From: Apteryx mantelli
Lineage: Eukaryota
Assembly (NCBI RefSeq): GCF_036417845.1
Contig: NC_089978.1
Coordinates: 20,838,000-20,901,999, forward strand
DNA: 64,000 nt
Direction: 5' to 3'
Shown: positions 49,640 to 60,580 of the stretch, piece by piece
Position numbering within the stretch: position 1 is the first letter of the stretch
Layout of the letters: the number at the start of each line of letters is the position of its first letter
Translations under genes and position numbers: made by a program
The notes under the pieces: generated by a model
Told to the model about the DNA's origin: nothing
Database searches by the model: none
Seen by the model: only the letters and a program-made list of their open reading frames with translations

Positions 49640-51572
49640 GTAATTACATTTAATTTATGTTCTTATTTGTAAAATTTTTGGTACGTTATCCAGTTGTGGT
49701 GCTGTATGTATATATGTGTACTGTATGTGACAAAATTTAGTAGTCGTTCATGAAGTCCATTCAATTTTTAATTACTTTGAATGTAATTAATTCACACAAG
49801 TTGATATAAACAGTAAAAATTGGAGGATCCCCCCCCCCTCCTCCTCCCCAAAAAAGTACACTTTTTATAAAGTATCATGACTGCAGCAGGGCTTTTGAGA
49901 GAGAATATGATAACATAGTCCTCCTCTTCCTTCCAGTGGAAACTCTCTAATACCTCTCAAATTTAAGGCTTTGTCTACACTAGTATATTCTTATGAGGAC
50001 ACACTCTAACAGTCTTGTTGCCCTGACTGGACTACTCTCAACAGTCCATAGTACCATCAAGAAATAGCACTAGGCTTATGGCTCCGTTCTTGCTGATGCT
50101 ACCTCAAACTGACTGGGATGCCAGCTGTCATATTAGTCTTAGCTTGCAATCCCCTGTGGTTTGCTGTCTGTATGTACTCTTACCTGCAGTATGCCTCATC
50201 ATTCAGCTACAAAATACCTTAACTACTCTTTTACATACCTCTTTTACAAGACCTCAGCTGAAATCCATTTGCAGATCACTAGCTCAAACTGTTTCTTGTT
50301 TCACTTGGCTGTATTTCATCCATATATAACACAGCGGTAGCCAGCTCTGCAAGTGACAGGCCGGAGGTGTCTGAAAAGAGCTGCTTCTTGCTTCTTTCTC
50401 CTGCTAGTAGATTCAGTCTGACCGAAGCATTTTCACTCTAAGAAGTTTCCTGGGGGGCGATTCAAGGAAGATTAAGTTTTTGCTCCATAGCTAAGTCACC
50501 ACTAGCAGAGGGGCACAGCCAAAGCAAAGAAATAACTGGACATGGCGGGGGTAAGCATGACTGAAAGAAGAGGAAATATTGCTGACGTGCAATGGGACAG
50601 TCTCTTTTGAGAATGTGTAGTGCACACAAAAAGAAATATGGAAAGATAGGCTTACTTTGGGGAAAGGAGGAATTACAAAGAACATTGAAGGGATCACGTT
50701 GTTGGGGGGTGGGCAGCAATAAGAGAAAGTTGAATAAAGGAACTAGGATGTTAGCTGGTTATGACTGCTCTTGACTTTGGAAACCACAAGAAATGTCTGC
50801 ATCAGTTAGCCAGCAGGTATAATTCTGTCAGTCTGTGGAGTCATAATATGCTAAAGCTTTACATCTCCAATATTATGTTGTGCATGAACATGATGTACAT
50901 TTAAAATGACTGAGGAACATCATCTTAACTGGAGTCTGTAATGTATTGAGATCATAGACTACTTAGAACTGTCCTTGGGCATTTCCACTATAACTTAGAT
51001 GAACTCATATAAAGCCATTTTCCCTGTCTTTTGACCCGAAAATTCCCAGGGAACAGAGTATATAGACATCTACATTGGCTTATGGTTGCAATTTAGCCCA
51101 GGGTCGCTAGCTTGTAGGCAGTGGCTGCTGGACCGTGGCTGGTACATGTACCAGAATTGCTGTACATCATGTGGGCTTCCCAGCTTGAGTCAGTGCAAGC
51201 AGGATCCGTGTTTCACTTTGTGTAGATCTACCCTCTGTGTATCTACAACAGCACTGTACAATGGAACTTCTTTGGCTCCTAATCATCATGGTGCTGATGA
51301 TTGTCATTTTCATCATTTTTATGTTAATAATGTAAAATAACTCCCTGCTCATATTTTGTCGGAGTCAAATTTTACTCTGAATTTGCCCAATGTAAAGTAG
51401 AATGGGGTAAGAATTTTTTAGTTTAACTGGTAAGTATTTTACTTTCTTTCTGAATATATGAATGACTATAATAATACTGTGTGTAATATAAGTAGTATAG
51501 TTTTGATTAAAAAGAGAAAAATGTCCCACTAACTCTAGAATTATTTTGTTTCCTTGTAAATTCCCTAAACAG

Positions 51573-52250
51573 GTATGTTCTGCAGCAGTAGCTGATGTTT
51601 GCTCAAATGCTTTCGTAAATGGGAGAGATGAACCTAAAAGCTTCCAATTTCAACCTGAAGAAGAAGTTTCTGTTATTCAAAAGAGCATCTCACCAAAAAA
51701 TATGGGACAAGGCTTTGTAGATGTTCCTGAACTTGATAGTCTCAAATTAAATTTGAGTTTTTATACTGACTTCACGAAGGAGAGATCTTCAGGAACAAGA
51801 TCATCTTCGCCAGATGACCTTCATCTGCTGCATGCTGATGAAGCTTCCTCATTTGGTTTTAAACCTAAGGCCAAAGCAAGCATTACTCGCGCTCGTAAAA
51901 AATCACGTCGGATGTCTGCACTTCAGAAGTTAGGCACTTGTGCGGATGTTCCTGAATTTCCCCGTCTCCCTCCTCTTTCATGTCTTCCTCCAGTTTCTGA
52001 ACAGCTTCGTGGTTCTCCTATTCCTCAGATACAGGATTCTGCATTATTTAGTTCACCTGCTCCTCCAGGCACAACTTCTGAAAAGACTAATTTTGAAAAA
52101 CTAGTTATTCCCAGATTTCCTGGTTTGCAAGCTTGTCAAAGAGCAGCATTACCAAGGGCACTGCTTACACTAAGGAGTTCACAAAGTGCAGGAGTTCTGA
52201 ACGGTGTTACAGCTTCTGAAAAAGGATTTACTGGAGGAGTTAAGGATGTT
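51573..52250 (+). CDS. PARP4: PARP4 coding exon 30 (large 678-nt exon; Ser/Pro-rich low-complexity linker with a basic 'RARKKSRRMS' cluster)
   Basis: A 226-codon open frame runs between the acceptor 'ccctaaacag|gtatgt..' and the donor 'gatgtt|gtaagt'. It corresponds positionally to the long proline-rich exon of human PARP4. Its phase-0 boundaries fit the neighbouring exons, but the residues themselves are poorly conserved. Confidence 0.75.
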
Positions 52251-52579
52251 GTAAGTCTTTCATTAGCAGTCTTTTATATGGAGGATGCTACATGTACTGA
52301 AATGTAGCTTACATTAAGCTAAGAGGTGCCTTAAATATTTGTGTTTCAAGATTCATGGATATACAGCCAAAAAAGGAACACTAAGGCTGGTAGTGAGGGT
52401 GCTTTCCAATTCAAGAATTCTGAACTTGAAATATGGGGTGTGGGGGGTAGCTATTCTTCTTTTTAAAGTGATAATCATATGGTCTGAATTCTGCCACTTG
52501 TTCCATACTAACAGGAAAATACTAATGTTAATAGGAAACTTTTAAATGGGAATTACTTTGTATCATGAAGTAGTAGCTG

Positions 52580-52720
52580 CATGGGTAATGATAGAATTAG
52601 ATTTTATTATTTATTTAAAATTATAAATAAATAATATAGTATTTTATAATATATAGCTGTTTAAATAATATAAATATAACTTACAAATAAAGATAATTTA
52701 TAAATAAATAATAATTTCCT
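52580..52720. repeat. AT-rich low-complexity block (taaataaata/atataa motifs)
   Basis: The block is visible in the sequence just upstream of PARP4 exon 31. Confidence 0.8.
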
Positions 52721-52735
52721 ATTCTGTTTGTTCAG

Positions 52736-52834
52736 GAAGAAGTACAGTGTTTTGTGACAACACAGAAAGAGATCATTAAACAAAAACTGTTGACTTCTGT
52801 AAACTGGAATGAAATTTTTGACCTTCAGAATCAG
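52736..52834 (+). CDS. PARP4: PARP4 coding exon 31
   Basis: The acceptor is 'ctgtttgttcag' and the donor is 'cag|gtacag'. The translation 'EEVQCFVTTQKEIIKQKLLTSVNWNEIFDLQNQ' aligns loosely to human 'EEDEIVCTQHWQDAVPWTELLSLQTE'. Confidence 0.65.
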
Positions 52835-54812
52835 GTACAGTACCCATCTGTGCATTACTTAAAAATAAGATATGAGTAGAAGGAAAATTATTTTAGTCCT
52901 GTCCTGAGATAAACATTTTGTAAATGCGTTTGTTTTCTGTGCTTTATAAACTGATTTTGCAAAGTGCATGATGAGATCAGTAATGCTATTTTTTGTTGCT
53001 CTCATTGGCAACCCAACAATGGATGCTTAAGGAACAGTATAAAATCAGGGCCAGTATGTAGTGTGATAGATCTCCAGAACTTTCTTAGAGCCTCCATCAG
53101 TTTGGAGCATGGACTTCCTGAGGTAAGTATAAGAACACTTAGTGGAAGCTAGGAAAAAGATGTAGATGCATTTCTGAAATACATCTCTCCGAGATTTCGT
53201 TACTGACTGATAGCAAATAATGCACATGATGCAAGAAAATAAGAAGTAGCTGGGCTTTAGGTGATTGGACTGAGTGATGTTGCAGCAGGACCTTCCTTCT
53301 AGTGGACAGTCTGATCAGCTGCTAGGAAACCTGAATTAAACAATACTATCAAGAATCCTGCAGGTAGGAATCATAACATCAATGTGCGCATGGGCCAAGC
53401 ACGTAATGTTAGCAAGCGAAATTTTGCTGTTTCAATGTGCCCCTTTGTGGTGGGAGAAGTCCCCGTTTTGCACAACTGATCAACTTCCAGTTTGTCAAGC
53501 TTACCAAATCAGGGGTATGCAGTGAGGAGGTGAGCAACAATCAGATTGTAGGTTATACAGTAAATATCTCTAAGTAATCAACAGAAGGAGGTTTGGGGGA
53601 GTATTACCTGATCCAACTCAAGAAGCCACGATGGGATGCCTTCAGAGGAGATGCCTGTCATTTCTGGGCAAAGGCGCCTAGTGGTTTGCTGAATTCCCTT
53701 TTGTTGCAAGTATACCCTATGCACAAGATCCAGGAAAGGCTTCCAGCTGCCTCATCTTCAAGTACCTTTGTGCAACAGAGGCCACCTAGTATGGGCATCC
53801 TCATGACTTTCTTGCCCCCCACCCCCACTTTTTTTTTTTTTTTTTAAGCAATGCTCTGCTCACTCTGTGAGTAATTAACTTTGCTTTATTTTAAATATAA
53901 GGTTTGTATGTGAAAGTAGGAAATTACTGCCAGCCTAATCATCAAGAAGATATACATAGTTGTCCTATATTTCTGACAGAAGACTATCAAATAACTTCTA
54001 AACATTGAACTATTACCACATGCCACACATACAAGGATATTAAGTAATATTCTTGTGACTAACTCTTGTGGGATTCAACTCTCAAAGTGTGCTTCAAGAT
54101 TTCTTTTCTTTTTCAGCAGAATTGCCAATTTTTGAGCTTTAGGAAAAAAAATAAAATTCCAATAAGCTATAGTTTTTTTACACTAATTAAGTATAATATT
54201 CCAACAGAATCTCACTTTTTACATAATTAGATGTATAATACCTAAATATGCATTAGCAAACTGTTTGGCAGATAATTTTAATCCATCAGAGTTCTCTGAT
54301 TTTTGAAAGGGGAAGTCAGATAAAATAGGATTGGTTTTGTTAATGTTGTATATAACAACATAAATAGTAAACTTAACTTCATAGAGACTCTGCATTCCTA
54401 GCCGAGATCTTTTACTGTTCATTTGTGGTTAGAGAATTGCTCATTTTTGAGCACCTTTAAAAATAATTTTCAGAAGGAATTTGCTTGAAATGAATTTTGA
54501 CTAGGTTAATACTGTCATTGTGCTTACTTTGTACGTGAGTGATTTCTGAATGGCTTTGTTGTTTAAGGGTTTTTTACAAGACAGGCTAGATATAACAATC
54601 CAGGACAATTGCAAACATTCGATGATATATTAAATGCTTTTGAAGTTTAATATTTGAATCACCTAAGCTGATCATGTGCATTTCAACTTGTGAGTTTTTA
54701 TAAGCTTTTTGATTATTTTTAAATAATTTTCCTGTCTGTTACTTTGTTCTTATCAAATATATTTTCAGTGTCTTGAATCTTTGGCTTATCCATATCTTTG
54801 CTTATTCCATAG

Positions 54813-54915
54813 GATGGCTCTTGGAATCTCAGTCCACAGTTGGGAAAAATCTTAAAATTTGACGTTGATTATTTGATTAATGATTTCCTTATTGGAAAAG
54901 GCATTCAGTCACTTG
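54813..54915 (+). CDS. PARP4: PARP4 coding exon 32
   Basis: The translation 'DGSWNLSPQLGKILKFDVDYLINDFLIGKGIQSL' matches human 'DGFWKLTPELGLILNLNTNGLHSFLKQKGIQSL'. The donor is 'cttg|gtaaat'. Confidence 0.8.
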
Positions 54916-55802
54916 GTAAATAATTTCCTCTCATTAAAAATCAGTAAATTGCATCATATTTCATATTTTTAAGTGTAATTACTCTATATGTCTTGTGGAA
55001 CTTTCATTAAGGTGTGCCCAGAATTTAAACGGATCTCTTAAATTGTTCCGCAAGGGTCTGGTTTTAATAATAAAATTTCTTCTCAACTTCTCTAACAACA
55101 TAGTGTCCTGATTGCTAAGGGCATCACCTGTAGAAATATGGGGAGGATGTGAGATAACTGGCATAGCAGTAGAGGTTCTTTTATCTCAGTTATTTTATCT
55201 GCTATATTAAAGTATTAATGTCTTATTGGGGGAAAAAAAGGAAGAAAGTCTCTCCTAGGAGAGAGACTGAGACCACTTCTGCTTTTCACCCTTCAAATAA
55301 TATGAATAATATTTATATAATTCTTTCCCCCCACCACTGTCTCCAGCATGCGGTATACATTCTGCTTATATACACTTTGTCTGCTCTTCTGTTTCATTCT
55401 GTCAGTCTTTGCTCTTTGCTGTCAGCAGACAGAAAACTTTAAAAAAAAAAAAAAAAAGCCACCTTTCAGAGTTATTAGAGGATGCAATGCTTCATCAAAG
55501 GACAGAAATCACACAAGTTTCCCATTATTGTATGCATTAAAATCAAAGGAGATTACAACCAAAGCAAACACAAACTGCAGAAATCCCAACAAAGCATTAC
55601 CAAGTTTAAGTTTGAAAGCCAGGAGCATGTTTGTCAAATCACTAATGTGAGCACTGTTGATAGAGCTGATTGTATAGTGAAACAAACAGCATCAGGACAA
55701 TTACTGTTTTAAAGTGCTATAGAGTACTTTGTGGAAAGTACTTTTTCTGATGACAAGAGATCTTTTAAATAGGAATACTACTTCCCTTCTCTTGTTCCTT
55801 AG

Positions 55803-55935
55803 GTCAAAATGGAAAAGAAAAGATACTGCAGTTGATTGCTACTCTTCTTGTGCTACAGTTTATACGCTGCACGCAGCAACTGAAAGGGATAGTCTTCAAA
55901 TCACTGATGAAACTGGATGATTTATCAACTTCAAG
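55803..55935 (+). CDS. PARP4: PARP4 coding exon 33
   Basis: The translation '..KILQLIATLLVLQFIRCTQQLKGIVFKSLMKLDDLSTS' matches human 'ECLLDLIATMLVLQFIRTRLEKEGIVFKSLMKMDDPSIS'. Confidence 0.85.
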
Positions 55936-56204
55936 GTGTGCTTTTAAATACAGTCTCATAACTTATTGTACTAATATAAACCCTTTCAACATATAGAAGA
56001 TTAATTTTATTACAGAGAATCAATGACTATGCTACTGCATATCGCTTAGAAAAGGGAATGGAAAATAATGATATTGGTGGCATATGGCTTCTTTTAAGAG
56101 GATGCATAGAGGAGGAAATACTTTGCAAAATGTGATACAAAAATTGATAAATATACAAACAATGTATTGTAGTAATAAAAGATATTTATACCTCTTACTA
56201 GAGT

Positions 56205-56400
56205 CATTGCATAATTCAGGTTGGAAGCAACCTCTAGCAGTCATCTCTTCCAAACCCCTTGCTTAAAGCAGGGCCAACTTTGATGCTAGAAAGGTTATTC
56301 AGGATCTTGCCCAGCTGAGTTTGGGATATTTTTAAGGATGGAGATTCCACCACTTTTCTGGGCAACTTGTGCCAGTGTTTAACCACACTTATTTTGGAAA
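56205..56400 (-). mobile_element. Truncated CR1 3' fragment, minus orientation
   Basis: The string 'ggttggaagcaacctctagcagtcatct...ggagattccaccacttttctgggcaacttgtgccagtg' is colinear with the CR1 copy at 39640-40075. Confidence 0.8.
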
Positions 56401-57383
56401 TTCAGAGGAAAAAAAAAAAATCTCTCAGACTTTTCCTTAATGCAACTTGTGTCTGTTGGCCCTTACCCTTTGTAGTCTTTGGAACATGAATATTTTTAGC
56501 ATTATATTTATGGCTTGATGTTGTTCACAAACATACACCATAAAATATTCTAGACAAGACTTGAAATTATTAGGACAGAAGATTCTTCACAGTACAGCTT
56601 CCACCCTTTCTACTAGCCCAAGGGGATGCTAATGCTGGCTCACTCTGACAAGGTCCCCTCATTTCAGTATGTCCCAGTGCATCTAGAAATTCCCTTTCCT
56701 TTGTAGTGCAGTGAACAGTTGTCAGCTTGGAAACTTTTTGATATAGAGGGAAGACAAAGGTCTAAGAGCAGGCATGAAGGAATAGGTCTCCAGTAAATCC
56801 AGCTTGTCTCAGCTACCAACAGGCTCTTTGTGCCAAGCTGGGAAGCTTGCACCCTTCATGCTTATAGGGAATATAAGAACAGGAAAAAGTAGCTGCCAGA
56901 AGAACCCTGCAAAGTCTTCCTCCCTCTTGAAATTCCTTGACAGAGGGATAAATTGGTTTGTTTTATAATTTTGGCTACTCCAATCAGTAATAAAAATAAA
57001 GTCACATTGACTGCTGGATGAAAGCAGACCAGGTAGGCCAAAAAAGGGAAGGAATTCTGACATATGTGAATGTACTGAGGAGTCAAGTTTGTCTTTGTGA
57101 AATACATCACACAGATCAGTTTTGCTTCACTGAGGTGATTGGAATAATGTGAACGAGTGCAAGCAGTGATTACAAGTCTGCATACTTTCCATGTGGAAGT
57201 TTCTGAAAAGATCTGGGGGGGACAGATGATCTGTTTTTCTGTATTAGATGATATTGTATACAGGCTGGGTCATTGTGCTATAGGTAATTTTCTTTCAAAT
57301 AATTATACTTGAAATGTTTTCTTCTTGCTTCTTTTGGGGATTTACAAGATTTTATTACAATAAAACTTTATTTGTACTCACAG

Positions 57384-57534
57384 TGCTGTTCATTGGGCTT
57401 TTGAGTTGATCAAGAAAGCCGTAGAGTGGGTAAGAAGAGTTGAAAGACGATTTCCAGCTATTTGCTATCGACTTGAACTTGGGAAGGACTGGGATTCTGC
57501 CACCAAGAAGATATTGGGTATCAAGCTTAACTAG
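57384..57534 (+). CDS. PARP4: PARP4 terminal coding exon (stop TAG at 57532-57534)
   Basis: The translation 'AVHWAFELIKKAVEWVRRVERRFPAICYRLELGKDWDSATKKILGIKLN*' matches human 'NIPWAFEAIKQASEWVRRTEGQYPSICPRLELGNDWDSATKQLLGLQPI'. The 34 exons total 4914 nt, which is divisible by 3. Confidence 0.85.
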
Positions 57535-57913
57535 CATCAATTCTCTTTCTAATTAAAATATTTAATCACATCATAATTCTTTAAGTTAACAGCCGAGTTA
57601 GCTTTCCTTGCAATTTTACATAAAATGTTTTAAATTGAGGACATTTGATCCTCTATTATTATTGAATAATAATTTTCATAGTGATAGGCTTCAATTAAAG
57701 GCATGGAGATATGGGATTTTCTAATAAGTCTTAATTTTATATATGTAGTATTTTACTAGGAGTAAACTTACCTGTAACTCTGTTAAATACCTTAGTAATT
57801 AATTATTTGACATAAATCTCTCTGCTTCATTGCACATTACTGGTGCTTTAATAATGTCTTTGATGTCTTGATTTCTTCCAAACTCTTACATACTTTATTA
57901 ATGGTACTGTGTA

Positions 57914-57919
57914 AATAAA
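57914..57919 (+). promoter_or_regulatory. PARP4: Candidate PARP4 polyadenylation signal AATAAA (an ATTAAA at 57552 is an alternative)
   Basis: A canonical hexamer lies about 380 nt after the stop codon. There is no downstream evidence to choose between the two sites. Confidence 0.4.
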
Positions 57920-59499
57920 GTGTAATGTAATACCAACTTAATTAAAAAATACTGCAGTGTATGTTTTGACAGATATTAGAATGTGTTTAAGGAAGAACTA
58001 ATAAATATCGTTGTAACATATCAGTGTTTTCAACTGAGTAGTTTTGTAACTCCTTCAGGGTGCCTTGAAATACAAACAGCAGAACAGTTGCTTTTCTCCT
58101 GCACTGCTTTTCTTATCAGTCATAGGTCAATTTGTGAATATACAGGTCAGTTCTTTGAGAATGAATGGGGACCCTTTTTATTTTGCTGTTACTCAGTATT
58201 CTGATTTTTATCCTGTGAAAAAGCTGACTAATGTTATTTCAAACTGGATCAAACACTGAAGCCTGGTAACAAAACCAGAGTAAAGGTGATTTTTCTTAAT
58301 TTAATGTACTTTTCACAGGTGTTTAAATGAACACATTACCTCTTCTAGATCAAGCAGCTGTGCAGAATCACAGCCTGGTACCTTGTGGCCTGAGGACCTT
58401 TAGCGAGGGACTTAGTACAATTGCATGCACTGAGGCCGGATCAAGTGTGTACAGAGCATAGTCTTCTGTTGTTTGTCTTGAAAATTGCTTGAAAATACTC
58501 AGAAGTAGCAGATTCAACAGCCACCATAGGTAGCATGTTACCATGCCCTAGGAAACAAAGTGTGTTCTAGCAATAACAGAGAAACAAACTGTGCAATCTC
58601 CTTCATATGTATTTTCATGAGAAGCTAAGCAAGTATCTGCCACTGGTGGAACAGATTAACTTCATCCTGTGTTAAGTGCAGGCAGTTGCTAAGAAGATAT
58701 CCTGAGATCCTTCTGTTCTAAGATGCTATGAATCCTTGTTTTCACATCTGTAAGATTTTCACTCTTTTTAGTAAATAATACAAACGAAAGAGTTGTGCTG
58801 CACTTTACCTGAAAAGAAATAGGATATTGGTGTCATAAGATCTAGAAAGACTCCTGAATTTATACAACTACAGACTAGCTTCTAAGTCTGCTGTTAAGTA
58901 TTTGGTCAATTGATGATGGAGTCATCTTAGAAAGAAATCGTTGGCAAAATTATGAATAAAAGATTAATTTTTTTCCTTCATTGCAGTTAATTACTTAAAT
59001 AGTAACACCTTGCATTTTCACTGTTGTAATGATGCATCCTGTATAGGCACTTTTACAGTGTATATGTTCATGCTAAAGCCTGACTCTCCTTTAAGTGATG
59101 TGCATTCCCTAAGAAACTGTTTCTGGGATACATGAACGCTTTGGCACTAGGAAAGGCAGTTAAACAAGCAACTAGGATGGGGTTTCTTTGCTTTTTCTCA
59201 CAAAAAAAGGTTATCTTTTTTTCTTCATGTGCATTACATAAAATAATTGCCTATAGGTAAGCACACCTGTTTTTAAGATGCAAAACACCATGGCATTTAA
59301 AGGGGGTTTTTTTTGTTTTCCCAGAGAGAAACCCCATTCCCCAGTGGGATCATCTAGCTCTTCCTGAGGTATTAATGTATGTCTTTTTTTTTTGCATTTC
59401 CCCAGTCAAGTGCCTTTTCTCTTTTTATTTGGGCAAGGCAATCTCATCTGGGCACTTCATCTCTTGGCAGAAAGGTCAGCAGTATGAATATGAAAATCT

Positions 59500-60580
59500 C
59501 CTTCCGGCACCCCTAGTCGGGGTAACTGCCCCCCTCGCTCGGGGAAGGGCCGCCGCCGCCCGAGAAAAGCGAAACCCCACGCGGCTGCCAGGGCGGGATG
59601 TCTGTCCCCAGAGCAGGGGCGCCGCAGCGAGCGCGGAGCCGCGCCGCCCGTCACCGCTCCCTCCCAGCCGGCAAGGCCGCACCAGGCGCTCCCGGGGCCG
59701 CCCGCGCAGCCGCCCGCGCCCCGGCGGCTGCAGACGCGGTCGCCCCAGGCGGGCGGAGCGACGGAGCGCGGGCCTGGCGGCGGCGGGAGCGGCCGCGCCG
59801 CGCCCGCCTCCTCTCAGGGCGCCGCCGCGGTCCCCTGCGGCCTCCCGCCGCGAGCGCCGCTCATTGGCTGCGGGCGACTGCCACGCTGAGGGCACGGAGG
59901 CTGCTAGGCTTGGGCCCCGCCTCCGTGCGTCACGGGCTGGCGGGGCGCCGATTGGCCGCGGCGGCCGCCCTGCCGCCTCCTCGCCCGGCGGTGGATGTCG
60001 CAGCCTCTTTTGCCCGTTGTCGTTTGAAACTCGGCCCAAGATGGCGGCGGCGGACGGGAGCGGCGCTGAGGCGGCGGCGGTCAGGCTGGAGGGGGCGGCG
60101 GAAGAGGAGGAGACGGCAGCTGCGGCCGAGGATGAGGAGGACGAGGAGGAAGACGGTGGCGGCGGTGGGTCTGGCAAGGCGGCGGGCGCGGCGGCTGCCG
60201 GTGGGGAGGCCGGCGGCGGCGGGGAGAGCGACGAGGAGGAGGACGTGTTCGAGGTGGAGAAAATCCTGGACGTGAAGACCGAGGGGGTGAGTGCGCGCCG
60301 CCGCCGCCTGTCAGCGGCCGCCCTGCGGCGGGGCCCGCGCGGGCGGCGGCGCCGGGTGCCTCGGCGGGCTGGCGCGCAGCCCGGCCGCCCTCCGCCCCGG
60401 CGGGGCCAGCGGCTCCCTAGCGGCCGGACTCCCCCTGCCCCGGGAAAGCGCACGGGAGCGCGGCGAGCAGGGGCGGCCGCCAGCGCTTGCAGCAGGGCGG
60501 GCCTGGGTGGGCTTGGTCGCGTGGCGCTCTCCCTCAGTCTTTCTGCGCGCAGGCTTTGCAGGCTGCGCAGGTAAGAGACC
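59500..60580. promoter_or_regulatory. MPHOSPH8: CpG island and promoter of MPHOSPH8, extending through its first exon
   Basis: The GC/CpG content is extreme. Two inverted CCAAT (ATTGG, NF-Y) boxes lie at about 59862 and about 59950, a 'cgtcac' CRE-like half site lies at about 59927, and the Kozak ATG follows at 60041. Confidence 0.7.
60041..60286 (+). CDS. MPHOSPH8: MPHOSPH8 (MPP8) coding exon 1: acidic N-terminus and the start of the chromodomain
   Basis: The context 'cccaagATGG' precedes an 82-codon ORF, 'MAAADGSG...ESDEEEDVFEVEKILDVKTEG', ending at the donor 'ggg|gtgagt'. The segment 'EDVFEVEKILDMKTEG' is the start of the MPP8 chromodomain in human. Confidence 0.8.

Noticed and set aside
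51546-52307. The 253-aa ORF starting with Met at 51546, considered as an independent gene
   Set aside because: It is an internal PARP4 exon (51573-52250) bounded by an acceptor and donor in phase with its neighbours. The Met is incidental.
52964-53152. The 62-aa ORF ending at a strong donor, considered as a constitutive PARP4 exon
   Set aside because: There is no counterpart in human PARP4, and the full ORF lacks a suitable in-phase acceptor. Only a speculative 45-nt micro-exon remains, and it is listed as a finding.
53593-53847. The 84-aa ORF ending in a poly-T tract, considered as a retroposed gene
   Set aside because: It has no recognisable homology. The T-run more likely marks an old retroposon tail on the opposite strand.
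59375-60574. The longest ORFs in the window (399 aa on the plus strand and 325 aa antisense), plus similar ORFs at 5380-6447
   Set aside because: They are Arg/Pro/Ala/Gly-rich frames produced by the absence of stop codons in extremely GC-rich CpG islands. Only the 82-codon segment starting at ATG 60041 is interpretable, as MPHOSPH8 exon 1.
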